A stretch of 60,473 nucleotides of DNA, filler included. It is 3 parts of 3 records of this genome, joined end to end, with 100 filler letters (N's around TTAATTAATTAA, not from the genome) between each part and the next. Parts side by side here need not be neighbours in the genome. Positions count along the whole stretch, not along the records: positions 1 to 20,742 come from DRR723986_1725; positions 20,843 to 47,647 come from DRR723986_1741; 1 more part is not named here. The stretch is one strand, 5' to 3'. The notes below the pieces were generated by a model that had not been told where the DNA came from, did not search any database, and saw nothing but the letters and a program-made list of their open reading frames with translations. Position 1 is the stretch's first letter. Each line of letters begins with the position of its first letter. Of the stretch, positions 17,892-30,579 are shown one piece after another. The translations under genes were made by a program, and so were the position numbers.

Positions 17892-19928
17892 TCAACCCCG
17901 GCGGCGTCTCCGCCTGCGCTCGCCGCCGGCTGCATCCGACCCCGCGTCAGCCTCCTTGCGTACCGGCAATTCGACAGCAGCTCGAAGGTGGGGGAACTGA
18001 TCGACCTTATTGGGCAAGGCCATTGCATTGACGAAATGCTCCTGGAACTTGGGTTCCAGAGCTGTCTCGATCTTTTCGATATCGCGCACCGTCTGCTCGA
18101 TTTCGAGCCTGTAGCCGCGGTTGAGCAAAGCCATCCGGGCGCCTGTCCCGGCAGCGTTGCCGACGCCGGAGACACCTTCCAGCGGGCAATCCGGAATAAG
18201 GCCAAGGATCATTGCGTACTTTGGGTCGATGTAGCTGCCGAAGGCCCCCGCAAGGCGAATGCGGTCCAGATCATAGGTGCCGAGCTTGTCCTGCAGAAGT
18301 TTGACGCCGGCATAAAGCGCACCCTTGGCGAGCTGGATCGCGCGAATGTCCGTCTGCAGGATCGATATTTCGACCCCGTCGTCAGCAATCAGATAGGAGA
18401 AGGTCCGGCCGGTGGATTTGACGCGCGATGTCCGTTCCGCCATCGAACCGTCGATAACACCGTCTTCCGTGATGAGGCCCGCCAGATACATCTCGGCAAC
18501 GGCCTCGATAATGCCGGAGCCGCAAATGCCGGTAACGCCGACAGTGTCGACCTTTTCGGCAAAGCCTTCTTCATCCGACCATTCGTCGACACCAATCACC
18601 TTGAAGCGAGGCTCAAGCGTTTCCTTGTCGATGCGGATGCGTTCGATTGCACCTGGTGCCGCGCGCTGGCCGGACGAGATTTCGGCGCCTTCGAACGCAG
18701 GGCCGGTCGGAGAGGACGCTGCCAACAGCCGGTTCCGGTTACCCAGCACGATTTCCGCATTGGTACCGACATCGACAAGCAGCGTTATCTCGTCGAGCTT
18801 GTAAGGGCTTTCTGCAAGCGTTGCAGCAGCTGCATCGGCACCCACATGGCCGGCGATGCAGGGCAGCATGTAGACACGTGCTCCCGGGTTCAGTTCCAGA
18901 TCCAGATCGCGCGCGTTCAAAACCATGGCGTCGGAGGCTGCGAGCGCGAAGGGAGCGCCGCCAAGTTCCACCGGATCAATACCGAGGAACAGATGATGCA
19001 TGACCGGGTTGCCGACAAAGGTCGCATCAAGCACATCCGTGCGCTCTGCGCCGACATCACCGACCAGTTTGCCGATCAGCGCGTTGATGGCATCGCGCAC
19101 GGCCTTTGTCAGATCCGGCAGCTTGGACGGGTTCATCTGGACATAGGACACCCGCGACATCAGATCCTCACCAAAGCGGATCTGCGGGTTGGAGGTGCCT
19201 GCGGACGAGACTGTGCGCCCGTTCTGTAGGTTGCAAAGGTGGGCTGCGATGGTGGTGGAGCCAATGTCGACGGCAAGGCCGTAGACGGCAGGTTTTTCTC
19301 CGGGCCAGAGCGCCACGAGTGTCGGCAGCACGCCTCTGTCTTCGTGGATTGCCGCGGTTACCTGCCAATTGCCCTTGCGCAGGATTGTCTGGACCCGTGG
19401 CAGCAGCACCGGGTCGATCGTGAGGTCGGCGATACCGGTCTTGGCAATCAGCGCCTCTCGCAGCCGGTCGATATCGCCGCGCGGCGTTTCCATGTCCGGT
19501 TCGGCGATCGAGACGGATACCAGCGAGATCGGGCTGTCGGCTTCGATGCTGCGGGCTTCCGCGCGCTTGCGCACAACCTGACGGTTGGTCTGGGCATCGG
19601 TCGGGACATCGATAACCAGATCGCCCAGGATTTTTGCCTGACAGGAAAGGCGCCGGTCGGCGGGCAGTTTGCGCAAAGTCGCGTAGCGGGTTTCCGCTTC
19701 GGTGGCACCTTCCAGGTTTTCAGCTGCGCTGGTCAGGTTTTCCTTCGCGAAAGTGCCTTCCGAGATGGAAATCTGGCAGCGCCCGCAAATGCCGCGCCCG
19801 CCACATACCGATTCCACATAGACACCGAGCGAGCGGGCAGCGTCGAGCAGGGGCGTGCCGACAGGAAAGGTTCCACGGCGCCCACTGGGTTGGAAAACGA
19901 CTTTGGCTTGTTTGACGGTCTCGGTCAT
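17892..19928 (-). CDS. Reductive activator of corrinoid proteins (RACo: 2Fe-2S ferredoxin plus ASKHA ATPase)
   Basis: CGGRGICGRC...RLSCQ 2Fe-2S motif; DIGSTT, DVGTNAEI, GICGSG and LAGAFGS ASKHA motifs. Confidence 0.92.
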   Translation of the reverse strand: MTETVKQAKVVFQPSGRRGTFPVGTPLLDAARSLGVYVESVCGGRGICGRCQISISEGTFAKENLTSAAENLEGATEAETRYATLRKLPADRRLSCQAKILGDLVIDVPTDAQTNRQVVRKRAEARSIEADSPISLVSVSIAEPDMETPRGDIDRLREALIAKTGIADLTIDPVLLPRVQTILRKGNWQVTAAIHEDRGVLPTLVALWPGEKPAVYGLAVDIGSTTIAAHLCNLQNGRTVSSAGTSNPQIRFGEDLMSRVSYVQMNPSKLPDLTKAVRDAINALIGKLVGDVGAERTDVLDATFVGNPVMHHLFLGIDPVELGGAPFALAASDAMVLNARDLDLELNPGARVYMLPCIAGHVGADAAAATLAESPYKLDEITLLVDVGTNAEIVLGNRNRLLAASSPTGPAFEGAEISSGQRAAPGAIERIRIDKETLEPRFKVIGVDEWSDEEGFAEKVDTVGVTGICGSGIIEAVAEMYLAGLITEDGVIDGSMAERTSRVKSTGRTFSYLIADDGVEISILQTDIRAIQLAKGALYAGVKLLQDKLGTYDLDRIRLAGAFGSYIDPKYAMILGLIPDCPLEGVSGVGNAAGTGARMALLNRGYRLEIEQTVRDIEKIETALEPKFQEHFVNAMALPNKVDQFPHLRAAVELPVRKEADAGSDAAGGERRRRRRRG

Positions 19929-19974
19929 GTCTGCGATCTGCCACTACCGGTTTTGAAACACTGCGGGGACGAAG

Positions 19975-20127
19975 CCCACCCTTGACCCTTCACTCACAAG
20001 GAGGAGGGAGTTTTATCTGAACCTGCGAAAGCCGGAGCCATCGTGAAAATGACGCGGATCCCGCGATTTGAAACGTGCCCCTCGACACGCAAAACCCCTC
20101 CCCAGTAAGGGGAGGGGATTGGGGTGG
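19975..20127. repeat. Inverted pair of alphaproteobacterial REP-like palindromic units
   Basis: CCCACCCTTGACCCTTCACTC-ACAA-GGAGGAGGG (19975-20008) faces CCCCTCCCC-AGTAA-GGGGAGGGG-ATTGGGGTGG (20095-20127). Confidence 0.6.
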
Positions 20128-20207
20128 AGATTCCATCCTGAAACTGGTGAAAAGCCACCCTGTTTGCGGAAGGGGAGAGAACCGCAAACGTGTTATGACA
20201 TCTGGGC

Positions 20208-20742
20208 TCAGCCGGCGGACCGACGGGCCGCGCGTCCACCGCGGCGGCGACCGCCAGCAGACGCACCACCTTCACCAGGTGCTGCAACCGCGCCTGCAGC
20301 AGCAGGCTGGTGATCACGGTAGGTCATGATCCATTCCGAGCAGTTCGGATCAGTGCCGTTGAGCACGTTCGCCGCACGTACGGCTTCCATTTCCTGCGGG
20401 CGGCACGGGTTCATGATCGCGGAGGTCATGCCGGCACCGATGACCATCGGAATGAAACCGGCATTGATGCCGTGGCGATGCGGCAGGCCGAAGGATATGT
20501 TGGAAAGGCCGCAGGTCGTGTTGACCTTCAGCTCTTCACGCAGACGGCGCAGCAACCGGAACACCTGCTGACCTGCGGTGCCCATGGCGCCGATCGGCAT
20601 CACCAGCGGGTCCACGACAATATCGTGTGCGGGAATGCCATAGTCGGCAGCATGCTGAACGATCTTCCTGGCGACTTCGAAACGAACGTCCGGATCTTCG
20701 GAGATACCGGTCTCGTCGTTCGAGATCGCCACCACCGGCACG
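20208..20742 (-). CDS. Pterin-binding methyltetrahydrofolate:corrinoid methyltransferase (split MetH/AcsE-like), 5' part lost at contig end
   Basis: DIVVDPLVMPIGA, TTCGLSNISFGLPHR and GMTSAIMNP pterin-binding barrel motifs. Confidence 0.9.
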
Positions 20743-20842
20743 NNNNNNNNNNNNNNNNNNNNNNNNNNNNNNNNNNNNNNNNNNNNTTAATTAATTAANN
20801 NNNNNNNNNNNNNNNNNNNNNNNNNNNNNNNNNNNNNNNNNN
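20743..20842. other. Artificial contig linker
   Basis: 44 N + TTAATTAATTAA (stops in all six frames) + 44 N. Confidence 0.99.
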
Positions 20843-20901
20843 AACAGGTTTTCTGGCGAGAGATCGGAACCCTCGCCCATTGGGCAATCAATACTCGCCG
20901 A

Positions 20902-21426
20902 TCAATTCCGGAAGTACTTCCTCGACCGATACACCAACGCCTCACCTTCCCGGAAGTCGCAGCGCAACACCTCGCCCACCATGATGAAATGATCTCCCTC
21001 ATCGTAGCGGCTGCGCACTTTGCACTCGAAATGCGCCAAAGCATGTGGAATCAAAGGCGCACCACCCAAACCCTCAATCACTTCAACGCCCGCAAAACGG
21101 TCACCCTTGAAAGTAGAGAAGTGATGCGACAGCGCTTCCTGATCGGCCGACAACACACTGACCCCATAGTGCGTGGCCGCGGCAAATGCATCATGGCTGC
21201 TGGCCTTTTTCGACAAGCTCCACAACACCAAAGGCGGATGTAGTGAGACAGAGTTAAACGAATTGGCCGTCACCCCCACGTATTTGCCTTCAGCATTTTT
21301 GGTGGTGATGATGGTGATGCCGGTGGCAAACTGGGCCAGCGCTTGCCGAAACAGGTGCGCGTCCAGCTCGGCGTCGCCATCGCGTTTCTCGGCGCGAATG
21401 AATTCGGGTTTGGCAGGTTGTTGCAT
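20902..21426 (-). CDS. Flavin reductase-like protein (HpaC/RutF family)
   Basis: FRQALAQFATGITI, TANSFNSVSLHPPLVLWSL and GDH motifs. Confidence 0.92.
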   Translation of the reverse strand: MQQPAKPEFIRAEKRDGDAELDAHLFRQALAQFATGITIITTKNAEGKYVGVTANSFNSVSLHPPLVLWSLSKKASSHDAFAAATHYGVSVLSADQEALSHHFSTFKGDRFAGVEVIEGLGGAPLIPHALAHFECKVRSRYDEGDHFIMVGEVLRCDFREGEALVYRSRKYFRN

Positions 21427-21536
21427 GGGGTACTTCTAATTTTGTGAATGGCTCCATTGTGCCAAACAAGCGCTTGAATTGCTGGAATGGCGACTCAAAA
21501 CGTGGTTTTCAGGCCCATGTGCTTGAAATGATTTAA

Positions 21537-24224
<2,688 letters not shown>

Positions 24225-24228
<4 letters not shown>

Positions 24229-27044
24229 GCGCTTTTACCGCCGAGGTGCTTTTCAAGGCCGCCTGTGAGTTCTTCAATCAGGCGGTTAACAGCAATGGCC
24301 AGATCACGTTGTTGTTCAGCCGAGCTGGTAATTTGCTTCACGCTCTCGCCCGTTTCCGTCACACTGCTCAAGATTCCTTCAAAGCTTTGGGCAGCGTTTT
24401 GGCTCACCTCGACCCCTTCTTCGACCTGCGCAACCGATTCTTCAATCAGTGTCGCAATTTCGCGAGCTGCGCTTGAGCTGCTCTCGGCCAGCTTGCGCAC
24501 TTCGGCCGCCACCACTGAAAACCCAACGCCGTGTTGCCCGGCGCGTGCGGCTTCGATTGCCGCATTGAATGCCAGCAAGTTGGTCTGGTTTGCAATGTCG
24601 CCGATGACTCGCACAATTTCCGACACTTTGCTCGAGCTGTTCTGGATGGCATGAATTGCAGCGATGGATCGCTTTAGATCCCTGCTTCCCTGATGGGCAG
24701 CTTCCAGTCCTTTCTCGGCCAATTGCGTTGCAGTGGCTGAGTTGCCCGAAATGTCGGTGATACTCTCGACCAGCTTGGACACACGTTCCCGCATTTCGCC
24801 CGACTTTTTGTTGATCCCCTGTTCCAGCATCACCTCTTTGGTCACGTCGTAGGCGTACTTCACCACTTTGACCACATTGCCGTTCAAGTCCAGAATCGGG
24901 TTGTACGTGGCCTGAATCCACACATCGCGGTTGAATTTGCCCACGCGGTGAAAGCGGCCACTCACAAATTTTCCTTCGTTCAACTTGAGCCAGAAGTCCC
25001 GATACTCCTCGCTTTGCGTGTATTCGAGTGTGCAGAAAATACTGTGATGCTGACCCTGAATTTCACGCGAGGTGTAACCCATGGCATTGAGGAAGTTCCG
25101 GTTGGCTGTTAATACATGGCCGTCAAGATCGAATTCAATCACGGCCTGCCCCAGGTTAATGGCTTCGACCTTGGCTTCAAACTCCGAATTTTTCAGCTTG
25201 CTTTGGGTCACGTCGCTGGCAAACTTCACGACCTTGACCAGGTTGCCGCGTGGATCGTAAATTGGGTTGTAGGTGGCTTGAATCCACACTTCCCGCCCAC
25301 CTTTGGCCACCCGCTTGTATTCACCTGACTCGAACTGCCCGCGGCCCAGGCTTTCCCAAAATGCCTGGTATTGAGGGGTGGCAGCATAGGCGGGATCCAC
25401 AAACATGCGGTGGTGGCGACCTAAAATTTCCTCTGCGGAATATTCCATCAGTTTCAGAAAGTTGTTGTTGGCCGCAAGTACTTTGCCTTGCATGTCAAAT
25501 TCAATCACCGCTTGAGAGCGATCAATCGCCCCCAGTTTGCCTTCGGCGTCCAGCCGCGACAGCTTCGATTCTGTAATGTCCTGCAGCATCAACACCACTT
25601 TGATCAATTTCCCGTCAAGGCCAATGACAGGGCTGCGCGTACCTGAAAGCCAGACCTCCTTTCCGCCCACACCCTTGTAACGAAACTCACCCGCAAGGTT
25701 TTTGCCTTCGCGCAATTCATTCCAGATTTTGAAGTGATTGCTGTCATTGCGTTCTTCATCGAACATCAAAAAGCTTTCTGATTTGTCCGACAGGTCGGTT
25801 TGGCTGTAACCCAGCGATTTTTGCATCAGTTCATTGCTGTTCAGAATTTTCCCTTCCGCATTGAACTCCAGAATGCAGCTGGTATTGGAGACAGAATCCA
25901 TTCGCGCCTGGGTTTCAATCCCTTGCAATTTGGATTGGGTGATGTCGCTGCAGAATTTGATAACTTTGACCGGGTTGCCTTCGAGGTCAAGAATCGGGTT
26001 ATAGCTGGCCTGAATCCAGATTCGCTTGCCGTGATTGCCAACACGCAGGTACTCACCTGAATCAAACTCGCCTTGGCCCAATTTGCGCCAGAATGCGCGG
26101 TAAGCACCGCTGCTGGCCTCTTCCTTGTCCACAAACATGCTGTGGTGCTGACCCACAATATCGCTTAACGAATAGCCTGTCAGGGAGAGGAAATTCTCGT
26201 TGGCGTGCAAAATATGGCCGCCCAGGTCAAACTCGATGATGCCCTGCGATCGGTTCATGGCGCTGACCTTGCCATCGTCTTCAATTGCCTTTAGTTTGGC
26301 GGCAGTGATGTCACTCGCAAATTTAACGACTTTCACAGGCTTGCCGTTCACACCCAAGATCGGCGTGTAAGTCGCCTGCAGCCACACAGGGCGACCGTGC
26401 CGGTTCAAGCGCATGAATTCGCCTGATTTAAACTCGCCCGCGGCAAGGTCTTTCCAGAATTGGCTGTATTCCTCCGATTCCGCATGGTTTTTTTCACAAA
26501 ACTGGCGGTGGTGTTGGCCCACAATTTCTTGCAGGCGATAGCCCATGGTGTTCAGGAAGTTGTCGTTGGCCGTCAGAATGCGGCCCGAGGTATCAAATTC
26601 AATGACGGCCTGGGTTTTGTCGATCGCAGCCACTTTGCCCTCATCTTCAAGCGACTTGCTTTTCGCCACCGTGATATTGGATGCGATTTTGAATACCGAC
26701 ACCAGATTGCCGTGGTCATCTCGCACCGGGTTGTAGCTCGCCTGGATATAAACTTCCCGGCCTTGGGAATCGAGTCGCAGAAACTCGCCACTTTGAAATT
26801 CGCCCTCGCGCAATTTGTCCCAGAACAGCCGGTATTCATCCGATTCCGCCATCGTCCCAGTGCAAAAAAGGCTGTGGTGCTTGCCCAGCACTTCCTCTTC
26901 CGAGTAGCCGAACACATTCAGGAAATTCTGATTGGCATATATCACATTGCCGTTCAGATCGAATTCGATGCAGGCCTGGCTTTGGGTCAGCGCATTGAAC
27001 AGGTGAATTCTGTGGAGGTTAGGCTGCTCGGTATTGGATGTCAT
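24225..27044 (-). CDS. Cytoplasmic methyl-accepting chemotaxis protein with six PAS/PAC domains (BdlA-like)
   Basis: Six (I/L)EF(D/N)xxG...WxQAxYxP-type repeats, no TM helix, hairpin tip IANQTNLLAFNAAIEAARAG. Confidence 0.93.
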
Positions 27045-27348
27045 GGGTCGCCTTGCTGGTCAAAATGAGTTGCCTCGATTGGGGTAAATACCATTGTGTA
27101 GGCCATTTCCCGGCTTAATCACTGGATAAAACAGGTAATCACCGGTCAATTGCAGTTTTTCGGGAATTGTGAATCGCACAAAAGGGGAGGGGGTAATGCA
27201 GGGGGGAGGTTTAATGATCTATCTGAGAGGCTTTCAGTTTGGCGTAAGTTTTCGCTTTGATACTCGTTCGCAAGCCTAGGCTAGGGAGGGATGTGACCTC
27301 GTATTCCTTGCCTGCGGTTAACAACAACCTTAAAAAAGGAGACAAGCG

Positions 27349-27609
27349 ATGAGCAACCCAAAGGGCGGTGATGCCTACTGGAAAGCGACACTCGGCCTGT
27401 TGACCAAGATCATGATCGTGTGGTTTTTGGTTTCTTACGGTGCCGGCATTCTGTTTGTTGAGCAACTCAATCAATTCAGCATCGGTGGCTATCCACTGGG
27501 CTTCTGGTTTGCCCAACAAGGTTCTATTTACATGTTCATTATCCTTATTTTCTACTACGCGAAGAAAATGGGCGAGATTGACCGCGAACACGACGTCCAC
27601 GAAAACTAA
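27349..27609 (+). CDS. DUF4212 small partner of a sodium:solute symporter
   Basis: GYPLGFWFAQQGSIY motif, two TM helices, AGGAG RBS. Confidence 0.9.
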   Translation: MSNPKGGDAYWKATLGLLTKIMIVWFLVSYGAGILFVEQLNQFSIGGYPLGFWFAQQGSIYMFIILIFYYAKKMGEIDREHDVHEN

Positions 27610-27620
27610 GGAGATTGCCA

Positions 27621-29426
27621 ATGGATTTGCAAACAATCACCTACGTCATCGTGGGTTTGAGTTTTGCGCTGTACCTCGGTATTGCGTTTTGGGCTCGTGC
27701 TGGCAGCACGGGTGAATTTTATGTGGCTGGCGGTGGCGTTCACCCCGTAGCCAACGGCATGGCGACAGCGGCAGACTGGATGTCAGCCGCTTCGTTCATT
27801 TCAATGGCGGGTCTGATCGCCAACATGGGTTACGGTGGTTCCGTATTCCTGATGGGCTGGACCGGTGGTTATGTGTTGCTGGCGATGTTGCTGGCCCCGT
27901 ACCTGCGCAAATTTGGCAAGTTCACCGTGCCCCAGTTCATCGGTGATCGTTACTACTCCAATACGGCGCGCACTGTCGCCGTGATCTGTTTGCTGGTTGC
28001 ATCGATTACTTACGTGATCGGCCAGATGACAGGCGTGGGTGTGGCATTCTCCCGATTCCTGGGCGTGTCCGCTGAAGTAGGTATTTATGTAGGTATGGGT
28101 ATTGTGTTCATGTACGCTGTGTTTGGCGGCATGAAGGGCATTACCTACACGCAGATTGCACAGTACATCGTGCTGATCTTCGCTTACACGATTCCCGCAA
28201 TCTTCATTTCACTGAACCTGACCGGCAATCCTTTGCCACAGTTGGGCCTGGGTTCTGACATGTTGGCCAATGGTCAACCCATGTTGGCGACTTTGGACAA
28301 AGTGGTGACAGACCTCGGGTTTAGCCAGTACACGACCACACCAGCCGGTGGCAGTTACCTGAACACCTTCTTCTACACCGTCAGCTTGATGATTGGTACC
28401 GCGGGTCTGCCCCACGTGATCATTCGCTTCTTTACTGTACCCACAGTGGCTGATGCGCGTTCGTCTGCCGGTTGGGCGCTGGTTTTCATTGCGATTCTGT
28501 ACACCACAGCACCTGCTGTTGGCGCAATGGCCCGTTACAATCTGCACGCTACAGTCAATGCAAACGTTGAAACTGGTGGTGATTTGTTTGCACCTGAAGC
28601 GGCGCTTGAGAACGACAAGAAGCCGGCCTGGATGGGTCGTTGGGAAACCACGGGCTTGTTGAAGTTTGAAGACAAGAACGGTGACGGTCGTATTCAGTAC
28701 TACAACGACAAGTCCAAAGACGAGGCATTCCTGGCCAAGGCAGAAGCCGCAGGCTGGAAAGGCAGTGAAATGACAGTGAACGCCGACATCATGGTGCTGG
28801 CCAACCCTGAAATTGCGCTGTTGCCCAACTGGGTGATCGCCTTGGTGGCCGCCGGTGGTTTGGCTGCTGCGTTGTCGACTGCTGCTGGTCTGCTGCTGGC
28901 GATTTCTTCTGCGGTGTCGCATGACTTGATCAAGGGCGTGTTCAATCCCAATATTTCTGAAAAGAGCGAATTGCTGGCCGGTAAGATTTCAATGGCCTTC
29001 GCGATTGTTCTGGCCGGTTATCTGGGCTTGAACCCTCCAGGTTTTGCGGCGGGTACTGTGGCTTTGGCCTTCGGTATCGCGGCCTCATCGCTGTTCCCTG
29101 TGATCATGATGGGTATTTTCTCCAAAACCATGAACTCCACAGGCGCGATCGTGGGTATGTTGAGTGGCTTGGCGGTAACCCTGTTCTACGTGTTCGCACA
29201 CAAGGGTATTTTGTTCATCAATGGGACTGAGTACCTGGACTTGGTGGGCGGTGCCAACGGCTTCTTCGGCATCACGCCTGAGGCCTTCGGTACGGTCGGC
29301 GCGATTGTCAACTTTGTTGTGGCCTACCTGGTCAGCAAAGTGACAGCACCACCCCCAGAGCACATTCAGCACTTGGTTGAAGATGTACGTACCCCACGTG
29401 GTGCAGGCATGGCAACTGGTCACTGA
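27621..29426 (+). CDS. actP: Sodium:solute symporter, acetate permease (ActP/VC_2705-like)
   Basis: NGMATAADWMSAASF, PYLRKFGKFTVP and GTAGLPHVIIRFFTV motifs; paired with DUF4212; substrate inferred. Confidence 0.8.
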   Translation: MDLQTITYVIVGLSFALYLGIAFWARAGSTGEFYVAGGGVHPVANGMATAADWMSAASFISMAGLIANMGYGGSVFLMGWTGGYVLLAMLLAPYLRKFGKFTVPQFIGDRYYSNTARTVAVICLLVASITYVIGQMTGVGVAFSRFLGVSAEVGIYVGMGIVFMYAVFGGMKGITYTQIAQYIVLIFAYTIPAIFISLNLTGNPLPQLGLGSDMLANGQPMLATLDKVVTDLGFSQYTTTPAGGSYLNTFFYTVSLMIGTAGLPHVIIRFFTVPTVADARSSAGWALVFIAILYTTAPAVGAMARYNLHATVNANVETGGDLFAPEAALENDKKPAWMGRWETTGLLKFEDKNGDGRIQYYNDKSKDEAFLAKAEAAGWKGSEMTVNADIMVLANPEIALLPNWVIALVAAGGLAAALSTAAGLLLAISSAVSHDLIKGVFNPNISEKSELLAGKISMAFAIVLAGYLGLNPPGFAAGTVALAFGIAASSLFPVIMMGIFSKTMNSTGAIVGMLSGLAVTLFYVFAHKGILFINGTEYLDLVGGANGFFGITPEAFGTVGAIVNFVVAYLVSKVTAPPPEHIQHLVEDVRTPRGAGMATGH

Positions 29427-29481
29427 TTGACTGTTCAACAATAACCACTGCCTTCATCGAAAGGCAGGGCTTAAGAAGCTT

Positions 29482-29512
29482 AAAAGCCCGGTGAGAAATC
29501 ACCGGGCTTTTT
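29482..29512. terminator. Bidirectional intrinsic terminator
   Basis: AAAAGCCCGGTGA-GAAA-TCACCGGGCTTTTT between convergent genes. Confidence 0.9.
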
Positions 29513-29544
29513 GTTTTTCTAGAGTAAAACTGTTACTTCCACAT

Positions 29545-30027
29545 TCAAAAAAATGCTCCAATGCTTTGGAATTGGGCGTGTACCCATGGATGACTGGCCA
29601 GGGCAGCCACCAGCAAACCCACCAACAGTACTATCCCGAAAGGCCTGAGGGGGCTGTTTTTCATGGGTGTCGAGGACAACTTGTTGTGTGCGTGGACTGG
29701 GTTTTGTGGTGTTACCTGCGAGTGCTTTTCCGAGGTGGGGTTGCCCTTGGTTTCATCCACAGGCAAGCTGTTTTTGACCTTGTCCGGAACAACTTTGCCT
29801 AAAAACCACATGGCGGCGCTGATCACAACCAGGTCATCGGTGATGCCAAACAGCACGAGGAAGTCGGGGATCAGGTCGATGGGGCTAAACAGATAGACCA
29901 CCACGGCCAGCATGAAGCCTTTGATCCATTTCGGTGTGTCGGCATGCCGAAAAGCGTGCCACAGCATGCGGCCATGAGTTTTCAGGGCTTTAAGTTTTGT
30001 AAGAATCGGAAAAAAACGTGTGATCAT
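29545..30027 (-). CDS. DUF1232/YkvA-family membrane protein
   Basis: YLFSPIDLIPDF...GITDD motif plus an extra C-terminal TM. Confidence 0.88.
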   Translation of the reverse strand: MITRFFPILTKLKALKTHGRMLWHAFRHADTPKWIKGFMLAVVVYLFSPIDLIPDFLVLFGITDDLVVISAAMWFLGKVVPDKVKNSLPVDETKGNPTSEKHSQVTPQNPVHAHNKLSSTPMKNSPLRPFGIVLLVGLLVAALASHPWVHAQFQSIGAFF

Positions 30028-30060
30028 GCGCAGTACCCAACAACTAAAAGAGGACTCATT

Positions 30061-30579
30061 GTGACCCAAGCACCCCTGATGATCCAGCGTTCATGCCGAA
30101 TCCCCGTGCCTCTGGCCGATTGCTTTGCCTTGTACACCCGTTTAAAACCGGATGAGTATATCCACAGCGACGCACTGATCGCGCCGATTACCCATATAGA
30201 AATGATTCAGGGCAAATCGTTCAATGAAGTGGGTGATATTCAGCGAATTACTTTCAAAGGTGGCGCTGTAATTGATGAAGAAGTGTTGGCCTTTATCCCG
30301 AATCGTCAATTTGTTTACAAGGGTACGGGCTTTAGCCAGCCCCTGCTGAATTGGCTTGATCACGCCAAAGGCTCATTTGAGTTTGAGAAGGATGGCGACG
30401 GCACCGTGGTGACCTGGCGCTATCTTTTTTATTTAAAACCCGGCTTGGGCATTGGGCCCAGGCGACTCGTATTCAAGGCGGTGGTGGTGGATTTGATCTG
30501 GAACCGGATGATGACCAAAACCCTGGTCAACCTGACACAAATCATCACCCTGCGTGCCTTGCAAACAGGAAAAAAATGA
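30061..30579 (+). CDS. SRPBCC/polyketide-cyclase-like ligand-binding protein
   Basis: GAGGA RBS before GTG; EEVLAFIPNRQFVY and GTVVTWRY strand pattern with a C-terminal helix. Confidence 0.65.
   Translation: MTQAPLMIQRSCRIPVPLADCFALYTRLKPDEYIHSDALIAPITHIEMIQGKSFNEVGDIQRITFKGGAVIDEEVLAFIPNRQFVYKGTGFSQPLLNWLDHAKGSFEFEKDGDGTVVTWRYLFYLKPGLGIGPRRLVFKAVVVDLIWNRMMTKTLVNLTQIITLRALQTGKK

Noticed and set aside
17868..19985. Long plus-strand ORFs of 453 and 248 aa
   Set aside because: Antisense shadows of the RACo gene.
20787..20798. TTAATTAATTAA palindrome (also at 47692-47703)
   Set aside because: Synthetic six-frame stop spacer inside N runs; not biological.
24840..27000. Roughly 366-nt periodic similarity that might be an array
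   Set aside because: These are coding PAS-domain repeats, not CRISPR or another non-coding array.
27045..27348. Riboswitch or acetate-regulator site between the MCP and the actP-like operon
   Set aside because: G-rich runs and the short palindrome AGCCTAGGCT are present, but no c-di-GMP aptamer or known operator consensus could be supported.
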